Shown here: positions 50,201 through 62,526 of the stretch, in pieces
Position numbering within the stretch: position 1 is the stretch's first letter
Layout of the letters: every line of letters starts with the position of its first letter
Origin: Tubiluchus corallicola
Lineage: Eukaryota; Animalia; Priapulida
Assembly: GCA_030141605.1 (NCBI GenBank)
Contig: JAQGDQ010000394.1
Span: 124,001 to 188,000, forward strand
Direction: 5' to 3'
DNA: 64,000 nt
Program-made: the position numbers and the translations under genes
The notes under the pieces: model-generated
Database searches by the model: none
Seen by the model: only the letters and a program-made list of their open reading frames with translations
Told to the model about the DNA's origin: nothing

Positions 50201-53200
50201 CCCATCACATTGTTCCCGTTTGATTGGTTCGTATTCGGAATGCGAGGCACGGTGGGACCACCCGGGTTTTGTACACCCACTTTTTCCCGTGCACCTGCCG
50301 TGCCGGAACCACTTTTTGCCTCGGAAGCCGAATCGGCTACTCGTTGAGTCGCCGACTTCAAAACCGGTTTATTGGGAGGTACAGGAGGAGGTGCCCCCCG
50401 AGCTGGTCCTGGTACTGATGCTGTTACGGATGGTACTACACGGGGTGCTTGACCTGGAACCACTGCTGTTACGGGCACTGCTACATGAGGACTTTGCCCG
50501 GTCACCGTTGTCACAGTGGGAGGCGCCACACGAGTAGGACCCAGACCAGCAATTCCTGACAGTTCTCTCTGCTTAGGCGGAAGCTCGGGAGGTTTGGGTG
50601 AGGCCGTGTTTGACACAGACTTAGCAGCACTGCTTGTAGCCTGAGGTTTCACACAGGCCGGGCTTGCACTGACTCTGGCCGTACTCGGCGGTATAGTCAC
50701 CGGCGTGGCCTTACTTGGAATCGGATGGGCCACATAACTCTTACTCACAACACTCGTCGACCGTGCCGTATTTATCTGATAAACCTGTTTACTCATTGGA
50801 GGGCCACTGTGGGACCGTCCCGTTTCCAGCGCACTTGGTAACACTTCGCTTAATGGTTTCTGATAACCTTTTGAGGACACGACAGATGAAGAAACACCAC
50901 TAATTCGTGCACTACCATCTCCCAGTTGTTGAGCTTCCAACTGTTGTCGTAAGAGTTCGACCTCGGACTGTAGTTCACCACAAATATCTTCCTGTCGCTC
51001 GAGCTTCGCTCGCCATAGTTTCTTCTCTGACTCATACTCTGACTGTAACTTCTCGTACGACGTCTCCATCCGCAACGACTTTTGACTCTCCTCGACTAGC
51101 CCGTCAGCGACATTCTCATATTTTTCTCGCTGTTCTTTCAGTGCTTGCGTTAGCTCGTCGCATTTCTGCTGCTCGGCCGTTAACCGCTGCGATAGCTCTT
51201 TGCGCTCCTGGACGAGCAACACGGCGACACGTTTGTGTTTCTCGTGTTCCTCCTCCATGACAGTCAGTGTCTTCCGCAACTCCTTCTCTAGTTTGCCGAT
51301 GCGACGTTTCTGCTTCTCAAGCTAAAGAATAGAAAAAACAGAGATCATGTACATCTGTAAGAGATATTATGAAAACAAAAGTGAAAATGGCTAAAATTGA
51401 CCAGTAAGATAGACAGATACAATCGCATAAAATAAAAATAAAAATCAGCTCAAGGATTTAAAAATGAACTGTGTCTACAAGAGTTGGTTATCAGTAGCAT
51501 TAACTTTTGAACACGGTTCAAGTCCGTATCTTAATTTAAAATAAGTTTCAAAACCTAATCGAATCTCAATTTTTAGCTATTATTTAAACTAGAAATAAAG
51601 TCTTATTTGACTCTAATTCATCAAATAGTTTTTTATCAAATTATAGCAGATTGATAAGGCACCCGTGACTTTAATGAAAAAATATCACAGATGACCTGTG
51701 TGAACAGCGTGCCACATAGTTGACTGTAATCCTAAAATAGTAGAAACCGTGATTTAGTTCGTCAAAAGTAATACAAGAAATCTTAGCACTTTTATTGAAA
51801 CTAGCAGTTGAGAGCCTTCGTGAGGTGGACAGGCATTTAAGCTTAATATAGCGACATTTGCTTATCTCAACTGGGACAAAATTTTCAAAAAAGGCAGCGA
51901 TTTAAGTGATTGAAAAGCGTAAAAGTAAAGCGCAGGAAAGCGATATAGAATTTCAGCAAACTGAAAGGAATTGAAGCTGTGATTGGGATTCGGTTTCGAT
52001 TTCGAAGCTCAGATTGGGATTCGGTTTCGATTTCGAAGCTCAGATTGGGATTCGGTTTCGATTTCGAAGCTCAGATTGGGATTCGGTTTCGATTTCGAAG
52101 CTCAGATTGGGATTCGGTTTCGATTTCGAAGCTCACATTGGGATTCGGTTTCGGTTTCGAAGCTCACATTGGGATTCGGTTTCGGTTTCGAAGCTCAGAT
52201 TGCGATTCGGTTTCGATTTCGAAGCTCTGCTTGAGATTCGGTTTCGATTTCGAAGCTCAGATTGGGATTCGGTTTCGGTTTCGAAGCTCAGATTGGGATT
52301 CGGTTTCGAAGCTCGTGTTCTAGCGGAGCTTCATGACATGGTCCATAACTTCACTAAATGTCTGTTTTCTCCATATCAAAATAAACTTAATCACCCATAG
52401 AATTAAAAGGAGAGTTTTGAAAGGAAACAAAAGCAGTTTTGAATGTTAATAATGGATTATGCATGTAATTTTTTTTCCAATTCATACAAGATCTGAACAG
52501 TTACGAATGCAGAGACAGCAGTAATTGCATAGTTCAGCCAAACTGTAGCTCTTTATGAGAAACATTACTTGCTCGAGTGTTCCCAATATGCAGTCAGTAG
52601 AACGAACCTTAAGGAACAACTAATTCAGCTGCATCAACACGATATTTTCCAATTTAATTTAACTTGAGAAAACTCTCTAGTCTGAAAGTGCCATTAAGAA
52701 ATTATAAATTGGCAGCTGTCCAGAAAAAACTTGCAAAACGAACTCTTTGAATCTATAGAGATGAGCAGCTACGAGTGAGTTTAACAGCTAGTTGAATGAG
52801 CAATTAACTTAAACACACAGAAGCACGTGTCTGTTTTACAATACGAGTCGAATCAAACGTGGATAACAAAAGGGTCAATGTGACCGTCGGTGATAACAAA
52901 AGCAACGTCACTTAGATCAGCTGCAGTTTTTTTTACTAAATCAGCAAACTTTGGACGCTCGTGTAACTAGAGAATGAGCTGCGGGCAACAATATAAAAAG
53001 CTCCGTGCCATTAATATTGATTTAACATGAAATGTCAATAGAGAAGAGTGCAGAGAGAAACGTTTGCAGCCACGTTGGCACACTGAATGGGTCATGGCAG
53101 AGGACGCAAGTTGCGAGAAATGGAGTTTGCAAATTAGAAGGAGTGGAGAGTCAAAAAGCTCAAAATGTGCTTTTAAGCGTATAAGCACCTGGTAGTCATG

Positions 53201-56200
53201 GCAACGTAAAGGAAGCAGCAGGAAATTGGCCAAAACATCTGGGCACATTCATCAATTTGGGATAAAAAGAATTACAAGATTAGATTACGTGGACTATAAT
53301 GAACCTCGTCCCACAAGCTCAGCATGTCGCAACCATGGCAACCTGACCGCAAGGATGCTGCAAGTATTACGTTCATTTGATCTGGTGTGAATAATACATG
53401 CATGTGGCAGAATCGCTGATTGACTTTCTCACATCTTGCTCATGAATACATAATAAGTGTGGAAACAGTCTTGTCATATCAACTGATTTTCAATACCTTA
53501 AAGCTCAATAATGAATAAATTACAACAACAGTATGAGAGATCTAAGGCGGGCTCTAGTGCGTGCTTGTTTAGTTACTACAATGGCTGGAAGTTATAGCAG
53601 ATTGCTTTTTGCCAATCTAGATGTACCATGCTGTTTAGGGCAGCAGGTCAGTTTGTCTAGTGACCAAACGGGACCAGTTAGCTTGGTGGTACCTGCCTCT
53701 TAAGAAACTAATTACAGTGTACAATAATCAAAAGAAACGAAAGGTTTTAATAATGAATGCACGAATGCATGTCTACTCATATACCAAGTTTTGCCCATGA
53801 TGCTATAAATATGCAAATATTAAAATTTTAAGGTTAAACTTGCAAGATAAAAGGAAATATCGACTGTGCCTGAATTTGAACCAGGAACCTATACATTACT
53901 AGCTAAACATCTTAGACAACCAAACTGCTGTTGTCGCAAAACAACTAATGCCAATTATATGTTAAAAGTTCAATAAACAACCTAATATTTTCTAATTTTA
54001 GTTTAGAAATTACAAATCGATTTGATTAACTTTATAATTAATTCAAAGCTTAGCATTTAATCAAGTTTCATTGCAATTTTTTCACATTTCCTTCATTTCA
54101 AGCTTCACATCTCACACTTGACACCCAAGTATTCATGTCATTATTAAATGATAATCTCACAATTATGATTTATAAATAATCAAGCATTACAAGAGTTTAT
54201 CTTTAACATGACATTTCAATGCTGTGCAAGTGTTTACCTTTATCATTACCTTTGCATTACGGCTTCAATTTACCAGTTTCTCATTAACAGACACTTACAA
54301 AGCTGTCAAAAGAATTAGGTGCTTATTTCAGAAATAAACGCAAAACTTTTAGACTATTAGTAAGACTTTTCTAATTCAGATTCATTAACGTAAGTGCCAG
54401 TCAGTTACAATAAACTTTGACAAACACTTTAACACCTGCATATTTTATACGATTGTAAATTTTATAATAGCCAAGTTATAAATGTTAAAAGAACGTTCTC
54501 ACTCTTTTGTCTGTGATTTGCACTCTCAGTGATGCATTATGCCATGGCAGGGCCCCTAGAGGCTTCAAGCTTCTTTTTCCCCTTCCACACAATTACAAAT
54601 GAAGCAATCAATGGAATAACAAAGAAAATAATATCATTTTATCAAACAATCTTTAATTACCATGAAGCAAACAATATAAAAACACAAGTACTATACTGTA
54701 ATGTTAAACCTAAACGTATGTATCCAGCTACTTAATACTCATTAATTTCTCAACAAACTGATCCAGATGATGAAATATGATTTTTTATTTCACACATAAA
54801 ACTAAAACATGGTCAGAAAAGCAATATTATCAATGAGCAAGTTTAGTTTGTGTGATGGGAGTGTAGGACCAAATGATCAAATTTAATTTCCACAGCACAG
54901 ACATTTCTACGCGTATTACTGTCAGCTTTTCATTTTTCAGAGAGGAAGAACTAAAACAGGCCCTACACTTTGTGGGTTCTCCAAGATTCAGCCTAGTCAC
55001 CCTGATGGATAACGTGACACTAGACACTCTCTATAGCACTTGTAGGACTAGTATGTCTAGAAAACTACGCTCCAAATTATTTTTATCAGCGACTGATTTT
55101 ATGACATTAACATAGGCGAGTAGATAAACTTGCATCTTAAACAAATTGCTTTTATACAAACCTTCATGTAATTTATTCATGCTTACTGGTCACTGGTCAT
55201 ATTCGTACCCTTTCATTGTAATTGTCTGGTGCATTTTTAACCTATTTTACATACTATGCTCTTTATTACTTTGTAATAAATGTTCACATCATGAAAATAT
55301 TATTATTATTATTAATAACTTTATATCTCTATCCCTGAATACTTGTTTCTAAGTGAACAGTAGGCAATAGAATACTTTTATAATACTGAAAAGTAAACTT
55401 AAGTTTACCAAAAAACCTCTTATTTCTTACAAATGTTCTGTTTTGCATATGATATAGAAAATTGTTTGTAACCTGCCCACTAATTCAGTTACAGAGTTTC
55501 AGCCCGAATGTAAAACTAGTTAGCTACGGTCGGTGTTAGTTACTAACCAAAACTAGTTAGTTATGGTCGGTGTTAGTTTCTAACCAAAACTAGTTATTAT
55601 ATGCATAGATAATTCATGTGCACTAATGGACTAACATGACCAGGGAAGCTGTCCCAGATTAATCTCCAATAAAGCAAAATTCTCAGACCAGCAGCACAGA
55701 GATCTAAGCCAATCTCGATCTCAATGCATCATAAACCAAGCCAGTTGTAGGATTATAATTGAGTCGCAATGATACGCCAGCAGCACGATGCAGCATTGTA
55801 CAGAGAGTAAAGATTTCATTAAATGATGCGGAGAAATTGATCCAAATAATATCACATTCATTAGTTGCGATGCCCAGGGAATCATGGGATGCGATTGCGA
55901 GCGGTAACCGTCGAGGAGCAATGTACTCTCCGGTGGCAATTAAAAATAGATTGTGCCGAGTAACAATAAAAATGTTATTGCACTTGTTCTAGATTGTGAA
56001 CATGAGGAAATACAGGTCCACAGTGGAGCAGGTTATGCTAGAATAGAGGCACATAATAGATTTCTACTGAGTAATAAAATTAATTGTTACTTCCTGTACA
56101 AAACGTAATAAAACATGGGTTGTTATGAATTCAAATTGAGTGATTGCAATGAATAAACCGACAGATTGAAATTAACCAAAGTGTGCAAGCTCAACTATAG

Positions 56201-59200
56201 GAAGAACTCAACATAGATGGGTGTAGCAAGACTGGAACTTATCCCAATAATAAGAATGATTCTCTAAGGCAGGACATTGGACCAAACTGCGACCAGTACC
56301 ATCAGTGTCCAGCCAGGTTTTGCTCGGACAAAGTAATGACCCATGTCAACAGTATAATAGATAAAAGCATCTTGGAATAGGCAATGAGCCTAGCAGACGC
56401 ATCCAATCACTGACCATGCTCTGCATTGCTTAACTTTGTTTGCAGTACCCACTTAGTCATTTTCCCTAAGTAATGGTGGTCATCTGTAGGATCACTGACC
56501 AGGCTCTGCACTGCTTAACTTTGTTTGCTAACCACCTGCAGTACTACTCAGGTGTTTTGCCTAATAATGAAATGAGTTAATGATGAATAGTTTCAAACAG
56601 CTCTGCTTGACAGTAAATTCTACGTAGTGAATAGCTAACCTTACTAAATCATTCTGCCACAAACAAATATTGGAAAATTTGTAGGAATGTAACAACCCGC
56701 ACCCGAATGTAGAGACATTGTTCGTGTGTCTATTTGCCTATCAATTTGGTATTTTGGGCAATGTGATAATCACAGAATATAGTTTGAAAGCTGCAGGAAT
56801 ATTACACTCAAACGTTTTGAACTGGTCCTGGGAAATATCACAAATTGCACTGAGATAATGTGATCTTGAGAAGGTTTCCAGATTGTCATTTTCATCAAAT
56901 TTATTTAGATGTTGAAATGTATCTTAGTGGCATTACTTAATTGATCTTTTGCTCTTTCCTACACATACATCACTATCGATAAACTCTTATTTTGTTCCAA
57001 ATGTTTATTGATAACTCTGTCCGAAATATGGTTCTGGTTTATATTAATGTCATTAACGTTACAGTAATTTATGTAATAAAGCTTTATATCATCTTCTATA
57101 ATTAAGGGCTAAAAGTTGAAACGTTAGACTAATAAAGATGTTCACAATGTCTTTCTACATTTGGATGAGCACTGGATAGTTGAGTCTTGTGTCTAAAATC
57201 TTTTCTAAGCTTTTGTATCAGAAATAGCAAAAAAAACTTAAACTTCTACAGAAAAACTGCATATCTACAGTCAGTAGCTGCCAGGCAAATTAGGCAATAC
57301 GCATAAAAATCTCTAGGGCAGTAGATATTACACATTATTAATTATTAACCAGTGACATTAACACATGGATAATGACCCAAATACTGCAACCTGATTAAAC
57401 AATGAAATTCCCATGTTATCAAATTACATCACGGTCATTCACACAAAACCGAACTATTATAATAGTTGTAACGCTATGACCAGCCCAAATGCAATTACGA
57501 CACCGTGTCAAGTTTCAAATGTTGGCGATGGGAAAGGGAGGAGGGGGAGGGTGGGTCAGTAATAAGATATAATGCAAATTGAAAAGCTTAGTTCCAATTT
57601 AATCTATTTCTAACACAAAACCTGTACATGTATGTGCTTGTCCATTAAGAAACATATAAAAAACCTTACAAATGTGATTGACTAATTAATTACATCTGTG
57701 TTTTTTCCAATTTTAAACTTCTTAATCAATGATGAGATTTTCAACAGCTTCAACTGCTGGAATTTTAGAAGTCAGGCTTATGGGAAATGGGAAAAGTCTG
57801 GTAATGAACAGCATGGTTTTGAACCAGGGACTTTGAGATGAATAATACACACCTCGACTCGTAAGCGCTCCCTGTCTTTCTCTAGCATGTATGTGACATC
57901 ATCACCTTGCGCAGTGTCTTGTGCATGCTTCTTTTTCTCTTCTTCTAATTCATTCACAACCTGCAGGAGATAAAAGTCTGGTTAGGCCGGCCACATTTGT
58001 TCCTGTCTTACCTCATGAGCTCAAAAAATGTCGTGAATGTTTAGAGCTAAATTGTGGAATATTTAAAACTGGTTGAAACCAAAGTTTGTTTATTTCCCAC
58101 TGGTTAGCAGCAACGTTTTTAATTTTTTTCAACGCACATTTTTTTCACGCTTTGTTTTTTAGTTTCTCATCACTCAAACGATTTGGCATCCATTATCGAT
58201 GCAACAAAAATCACAGACGGATTCACAAATGTTTTTAATGAAGAATTCTTTTTCTATGCTTTCTTGCAAAACAAATATTTTAAAACCATCACAGGTTTCT
58301 TTCTCTGTGTTTATATGAGCAACATGGCACACCTTGAAATGTGAGATTGTAGAAGAGCCCTAATAAAAATACAAAAAGTGACCTCCCATAACCAACATCA
58401 CCGCCATGCAAGCCCCATTAACCGTTACATTGAAAAGAAAAAGTATACACATAAATAATGCTAAAAACATCCATGAATCAGCCTATGATTTTTGGTATAC
58501 TGAATACTTTGAAAAGTATTTTTGATAAGCAAACTGGTAAAACCAATCTGTAGTGCATGACTGAATGTAGGTGTGGCTTCATACAACTTTACTGGAAAAG
58601 AAGCCATAGAAGCTTGCAACATGTACGGACTCTTGATCATGAATATGAAATACTGTGGCTTCCTTCATACACACTTTCTTGACAATACATTCTTTATTGT
58701 GACCTTGATAACTCAAAGCAGTTGTTCAATTACATGACTAGTTCAATATACAAAGAAGCCTGTCTCGTACCTTTGAATGTCGCTTCTCCGCTGCATGCAG
58801 ATGCTCTTTCATCCTCCGATGAGCTTGTTTCTGTTGGGAGATGAGTGCTTCTAGTTGCTGAAGCTGATTTTCATACATCTGCTTGATCTGGCTTTCATCA
58901 AAGCTTGCATCAGGACTGGTTGTGGAGTCTCGGATTAATGCAGCGTACGGGTCATCCAAACCAAACTTCCCGTACTTTGCTTGATATAGCAAAGATTTAG
59001 CCTTTTCTGACTGAAATGTGAATGAACAGGATCAATACAAATGAGAAGTTGTTTCAGAATTTCATAAGAGAGTTATTTTGTAAATCCACAATGTGACAAG
59101 TCACATAAGAGACGAGCTTTTTACTCGAAATTTCTTGAATGGCAAAACTAACTAACAGAATCAAAGTCTTGGGTTCAAAACCAACATATTTCATGATTTC

Positions 59201-60663
59201 TTAGCCTTCTTAGTTTTAATTTAAACTGCTAAAAATTATTTGCTAATCAATGACAGACTGTGTTTTATAAACAATATTTCAGAAGTTACAGGATTTAAAC
59301 TGCAATGTTAACTTGGCGGGTCACTTTTACAAGAACCTTTTTCTTCTCATGCAATTTTGCAATTCATCATTAGATATAAGTTAATTACAACGTAACTTAT
59401 ACATTAGAAAATAATGGCAAGACTTTGTGCACCAAGCCTTAATAGAGCGAGCTCTAAATCCTACAACATTAGAACTATAATGTAATTAAGTGACCCATTG
59501 AAATAAAAAGAGATTCACGAAGACCATGTTTTTATTTTAAAACAGTGTTGGCACATCACCTGGCATAACTAACCTGCAACATTGCTGTCATTTTCCAACT
59601 AAGAAACATTTCAAAATAACACGACTTGCTAACAGTCAAAGCTAAAACAACTTTGCAACCGGTTCAGTTAATATTTAAGTTTTCTGGCTGACAATGCATT
59701 TTATTTTAAATTAGAAAAATTCTCAGAAAAAACGTTAATGGATCACATAAATACAACTGAAACTCCATGATTCTGTTAAGTACAAATGTAAATAAGCACT
59801 GATCAGGGCCGTCTTAACAACATTATGGGCCTCCAAGTAAAGCAGTGTACTGGGGCTTCTATCTGCACAATTACTCACAAGAATAAAAATGTTAATGGTC
59901 GATAAAATTAAACATATATTTATTGTGTTGCTACTTTCAGAAAAATCAGTGTTTAAACTGTTTAAACATTAAAAACATGCTGTACAGAAAAGATTAATCA
60001 ACAAAAACCGTTTCATTAATGCCAATGTCCACTTTTAACACAATGACAAATATTTATAGTTTAGTATAGCATAGTATTTATTAATTGGCAGCAAGCGTCA
60101 CAACATGCATAGATTACCATAGTGCCCTTACGCTTGTGGAACACCTGTCCAGCAAGACACACAACACACATAGATTAGCATAGGGCCCCTATGCTCGTGC
60201 GGCCTCCAGGCTAATGCCCAGTTTGCGCATATGTTAAGACGACACTGATAAAGGAAGGGTAGCTGACTCGACCCACTTAACCACTGCCTTCTTTTACTTT
60301 TGTGTAAACTTTACAAGTTTAATCAATTGCATTCTTTATGTAAATATGCTTAGAAGAGATCAATAAACATATCTATATCTATTTTTATATCTATGTTTAT
60401 TCCACTATCAAACAGTCCACATGGCGGGCAGTCTGAGATTCTGAGTCAGTGGTTTTAGGTGACTCAATGTTAAGATGCAAAAACAATAAAAGTTTACACT
60501 GCAATTTCCGTGCGACTGATTTTACGATTCTGGAAAGATGAAGAATATAAGTGTTTACCCGTAGCGTTGCTATGACAACTTCGCGTGCTTGTAGCTCACC
60601 CTCTAGGTAGCTCAGGAGTTGAAGTAGTTCCGTTTTTGAAAGCTCAAGCATCTTGGGATGCCT
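29154..60663 (-). CDS. CTTNBP2: Cortactin-binding protein 2-like gene (at least 19 coding exons, ~1385 aa; true 5' start not identified)
   Basis: The listed GT-AG exons have consistent phases and sum to 4158 nt. Domains: CortBP2 coiled coil (LSKTELLQLLSYLEGELQAREVVI; AQGDDVTYMLEKDRERL), PPPVPPNKP motif, ankyrin repeats, and a NAV-like AAA+ domain (GPSGVGKS, IILDDL, YIIGTM, RFRWV, FGPRHFYSCP). Confidence 0.92.
29776..29891. repeat. 37-bp tandem repeat, ~3 copies
   Basis: tgtggtcagcaa(t/a)gaatcgtcactgcgggcctttgac. Confidence 0.85.
30340..30499 (-). CDS. CTTNBP2: CTTNBP2-like exon
   Basis: DKDRYIGSYRGG...NIPHP, phase 1/2. Confidence 0.75.
31229..31533 (-). CDS. CTTNBP2: CTTNBP2-like exon
   Basis: AVEWVFSVWQRLNECLAKLGLPELVFGPRHFYSCP...RAVLPGCP, phase 2/1. 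Confidence 0.9.
31991..32351. repeat. 25-bp minisatellite, ~14 copies
   Basis: tattatgtatattcatcagttttgc. Confidence 0.95.
32617..32848 (-). CDS. CTTNBP2: CTTNBP2-like exon
   Basis: CYIIGTMDKSRSQSLDLSIQQRFRWVHCRIDTEP...GDPVY, phase 1/2. Confidence 0.88.
33593..33981. mobile_element. Tc1/mariner-pogo-like MITE
   Basis: TIRs CACTCATATCTTGGTCTGCCGGAC and GTCCGGCAAACCGAGATATGAGTG; TA on the left flank. Confidence 0.65.
34075..34230 (-). CDS. CTTNBP2: CTTNBP2-like exon with Walker B motif
   Basis: ...APVIILDDLSKIDVSEVFGEILTAIERRG, phase 1/1. Confidence 0.88.
35759..35945 (-). CDS. CTTNBP2: CTTNBP2-like exon with Walker A motif
   Basis: IDQYRSLVFYGPSGVGKSYLAKKLAQ..., phase 0/1. Confidence 0.9.
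36022..36490. mobile_element. hAT-like MITE
   Basis: TIRs CAGTGGCGGCTC and GAGCCACCACTG; TSD not clean. Confidence 0.5.
37528..38247 (+). mobile_element. PIF/Harbinger-like non-autonomous element
   Basis: Inverted ends tttagacgaca and tgtcgtctaaa; internal decayed KRVRKGWMKK..QRIEKGNYSL..EFLNY resembles a Harbinger transposase N-terminus. Confidence 0.4.
38365..38540 (-). CDS. CTTNBP2: CTTNBP2-like exon
   Basis: GTKRWKVG...LDNLAYDTLIPTGTLHNYLRL, phase 1/0. Confidence 0.88.
39471..39566 (-). repeat. 18-bp tandem repeat (5 copies) duplicating an exon end and 5' splice site
   Basis: Minus-strand unit TGTG(C/T)GATAG|GTGAGTAG. Confidence 0.95.
39555..39833 (-). CDS. CTTNBP2: CTTNBP2-like exon
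   Basis: VNNEDRVCMVVVEL...TTWQVLEDSL...LGLTFESVKECAI, phase 1/1. Confidence 0.85.
39916..41859. repeat. 50-bp minisatellite, ~39 copies, filling most of a CTTNBP2 intron
   Basis: gacctgaaagcctacagtatgacatttctacaatgtgaaagttgattact. Confidence 0.98.
41864..41981 (-). CDS. CTTNBP2: CTTNBP2-like exon
   Basis: ECLEVLHVHSLVSLLARDKQGKKPVDVASSACKQILHSI, phase 0/1. Confidence 0.85.
42709..42892 (-). CDS. CTTNBP2: CTTNBP2-like exon
   Basis: FIPYRSPY...DIVDEMGQTLTHAAALQQSP|gtgag, phase 2/0. Confidence 0.8.
43057..43187 (-). CDS. CTTNBP2: CTTNBP2-like ankyrin exon (alternative in-frame donor would extend it to 43009)
   Basis: NGCTAMHCSIEENHPDCLELLI..., phase 0/2; two same-phase gtatg donors. Confidence 0.75.
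43602..43900. repeat. ~78-bp degenerate tandem repeat, ~4 copies
   Basis: ctgctagttttgtgatataaattccttacattacatcattactg... Confidence 0.8.
44175..44328 (-). CDS. CTTNBP2: CTTNBP2-like ankyrin exon
   Basis: CVRLLVDAGADATIQDQNGKTALHLASTAGHVDCVKLLV, phase 2/0. Confidence 0.9.
45024..45123 (-). CDS. CTTNBP2: CTTNBP2-like ankyrin exon
   Basis: FLQLLLEKEPNLN...GTTALHAAALYGHE, phase 1/2. Confidence 0.85.
45152..46135. repeat. ~190-bp direct duplication (45152-45341 and 45946-46135) within one intron
   Basis: Near-identical gtgacagtaaacaacgcttattataatag...ggaatgggaacact. Confidence 0.9.
46333..46458 (-). CDS. CTTNBP2: CTTNBP2-like ankyrin exon
   Basis: AADMGDTDKLKSLL...STALIIAASKGHD, phase 1/1. 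Confidence 0.85.
47351..47413 (-). CDS. CTTNBP2: CTTNBP2-like small exon
   Basis: cag|GGPPSVDDDNSSTVLTQLLFT|gtgag, phase 1/1. Confidence 0.7.
50085..51321 (-). CDS. CTTNBP2: CTTNBP2-like large exon (coiled coil and Pro-rich region)
   Basis: LEKQKRRIGKLEKEL...PPPVPPNKP...LVSMVT, phase 0/1. Confidence 0.9.
51981..52314. repeat. 31-bp minisatellite, ~11 copies, possibly inside a non-autonomous Helitron (3' CTAG at 51801 on the minus strand)
   Basis: Unit gattgggattcggtttcgatttcgaagctca; minus-strand gcc...ggc hairpin plus ctag|t at 51800-51835. Confidence 0.9.
57853..57960 (-). CDS. CTTNBP2: CTTNBP2-like exon
   Basis: VVNELEEEKKKHAQDTAQGDDVTYMLEKDRERLRVE, phase 0/0. Confidence 0.9.
58771..59010 (-). 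CDS. CTTNBP2: CTTNBP2-like exon
   Basis: SEKAKSLLYQAKYGKFGLDDPYAALIRD...EKRHSK, phase 0/0. Confidence 0.9.
59804..60247. mobile_element. hAT (Tip100-like) MITE
   Basis: TIRs CAGGGCCGTCTTAAC and GTTAAGACGACACTG; no clear TSD. Confidence 0.55.
60559..60663 (-). CDS. CTTNBP2: CTTNBP2-like exon (CortBP2 domain start)
   Basis: cag|RHPKMLELSKTELLQLLSYLEGELQAREVVIATLR|gt, phase 0/0. Confidence 0.9.
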
Positions 60664-61789
60664 CTGTAATAGAAAAATGACTTTATCTTATAATAAACGT
60701 CTTCATATAGATAGATCCATTGTGCGACACACATATGTGCATTAAAAAAACTCTTTCAAATTTCATGTTTTTTTAACAAAATGCTTTGCAAACTGAAATA
60801 TCATATTCAGTTTTTCTATTTTCTTTTACCTTTTTTAGTTTTCACCGAATCCAAAATGCTGAATGCAGACAGAATGAAAATTTGATCAAGAAACAAAAAT
60901 TGAACGCACATTTTTTTAACTTTTCAGAGTCTGTTATGTTTGTTATTGTAACAACGACGGCCAGGCTTCTGGTTGCTAATAAGATTATAGATCATAAGTA
61001 AAACGAATATCACTGATTATTTGGAAGAAAGTTCAGCTTGTCTAAATTTACCAATCTACAAAAATTTTTACTGCAAAAATAAATAGTAGAGGTATAAAAA
61101 AGTTTAAAAAGTAAACTAAAAGCAAAAGATCTTATGTCAACAAAAACAATTGTTGATAGTTAATATATACATATAAACATAAATATCAAGCTATAAGCAT
61201 CATTCAGCCAATTCCTTTACGCAGAAGCAATTTTAAACGAATTAAAAAACAGAGTTTGCAAAAAAATGTTAACTATTCCTCAATACAGTTTATGTCTATG
61301 ATATGTTTACGCCTACACGAAGGTGTTATAAATAATTCAGAAAAACAACCCCTATATCAGTAAATAAATGAAAACCAGTTTAAAATGCTGATAAGCCTGT
61401 AAATATAGGTCCAACAGACCTTGACATTTCAACAGCATGTAACAGCTGACACACAAGATCATGTAGAAAGTTTTTTACATTGACTTGTCAATTGTCATAA
61501 TGCTCAGCTACATTGACGGAATAAAAAAATGAAAGGGAGGCAGTATTTATAAATAAGCGCCAAAAAGATATGAAGCTAATTAGGACAAGCTGGGAAGAAG
61601 CTGTGATTATTCATCTAAGCAACGCTTGGATGAGTCAGATGCTTGAAACACAGATGCTGAGCTCAGTAGGTTAACAAATTCACTAGCAGTGAAGATAATT
61701 TGCAGCTTAGCAATTCAAATCAACATTAAAGCTTTTAATCACATTTTTCATTATCAGGATAAATTTATGGGACTTGATATATTTAAATA

Positions 61790-62526
61790 AATACAGGTGT
61801 TAAAGGTTCACCTAACAATACATTGTGTTAAAGGTTCACCTAACAATACATTGTGTTAAACGTTCACCTAACAATACATTGTGTTAAAGGTTCACCTAAC
61901 AATACATTGTGTTAAAGGTTCACCTAACAATACATTGTGTTAAAGGTTCACCTAACAATACATTGTGTTAAAGGTTCACCTAACAATATATTGTGTTAAA
62001 GGTTCACCTAACAATACATGGTGTTAAAGATTCACCTAACAATACATTGTGTTAAAGGTTCACCTAACAATACAAGGTGTTAAAGGTTCACCTAAAATTA
62101 CAAGGTGTTAAAGATTCACCTAACAATACACTGTGTTAAAGGTTCACCTAACAATACATTGTGTTAAAGGTTCACCTAACAATACATTGTGTTAAAGGTT
62201 CACCTAACAATACATTGTGTTAAAGGTTCACCTAACAATACATTGTGATAAAGATTCACCTAACAATACATTGTGTTAAAGATTCACCTAACAATATATT
62301 GTGTTAAAGGTTCACCTAACAATACATGGTGTTAAAGATTCACCTAACAATACATTGTGTTAAAGGTTCACCTAACAATACAAGGTGTTAAAGGTTCACC
62401 TAACAATACAAGGTGTTAAAGATTCACATAACAATACACTGTGTTAAAGGTTCACCTAACAATACATTGTGTTAAAGGTTCACCTAACAATACACTGTGT
62501 TAAAGGTTCACCTAATAATACATTGT
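61790..62526. repeat. 28-bp minisatellite, ~26 copies
   Basis: tgtgttaaaggttcacctaacaatacat. Confidence 0.97.

Noticed and set aside
50093-51260. + strand ORFs
   Set aside because: Antisense shadows of the GC-rich CTTNBP2 exon.
51979-52400. GFGFDFEAQ repeat ORFs
   Set aside because: Translations of the 31-bp minisatellite.
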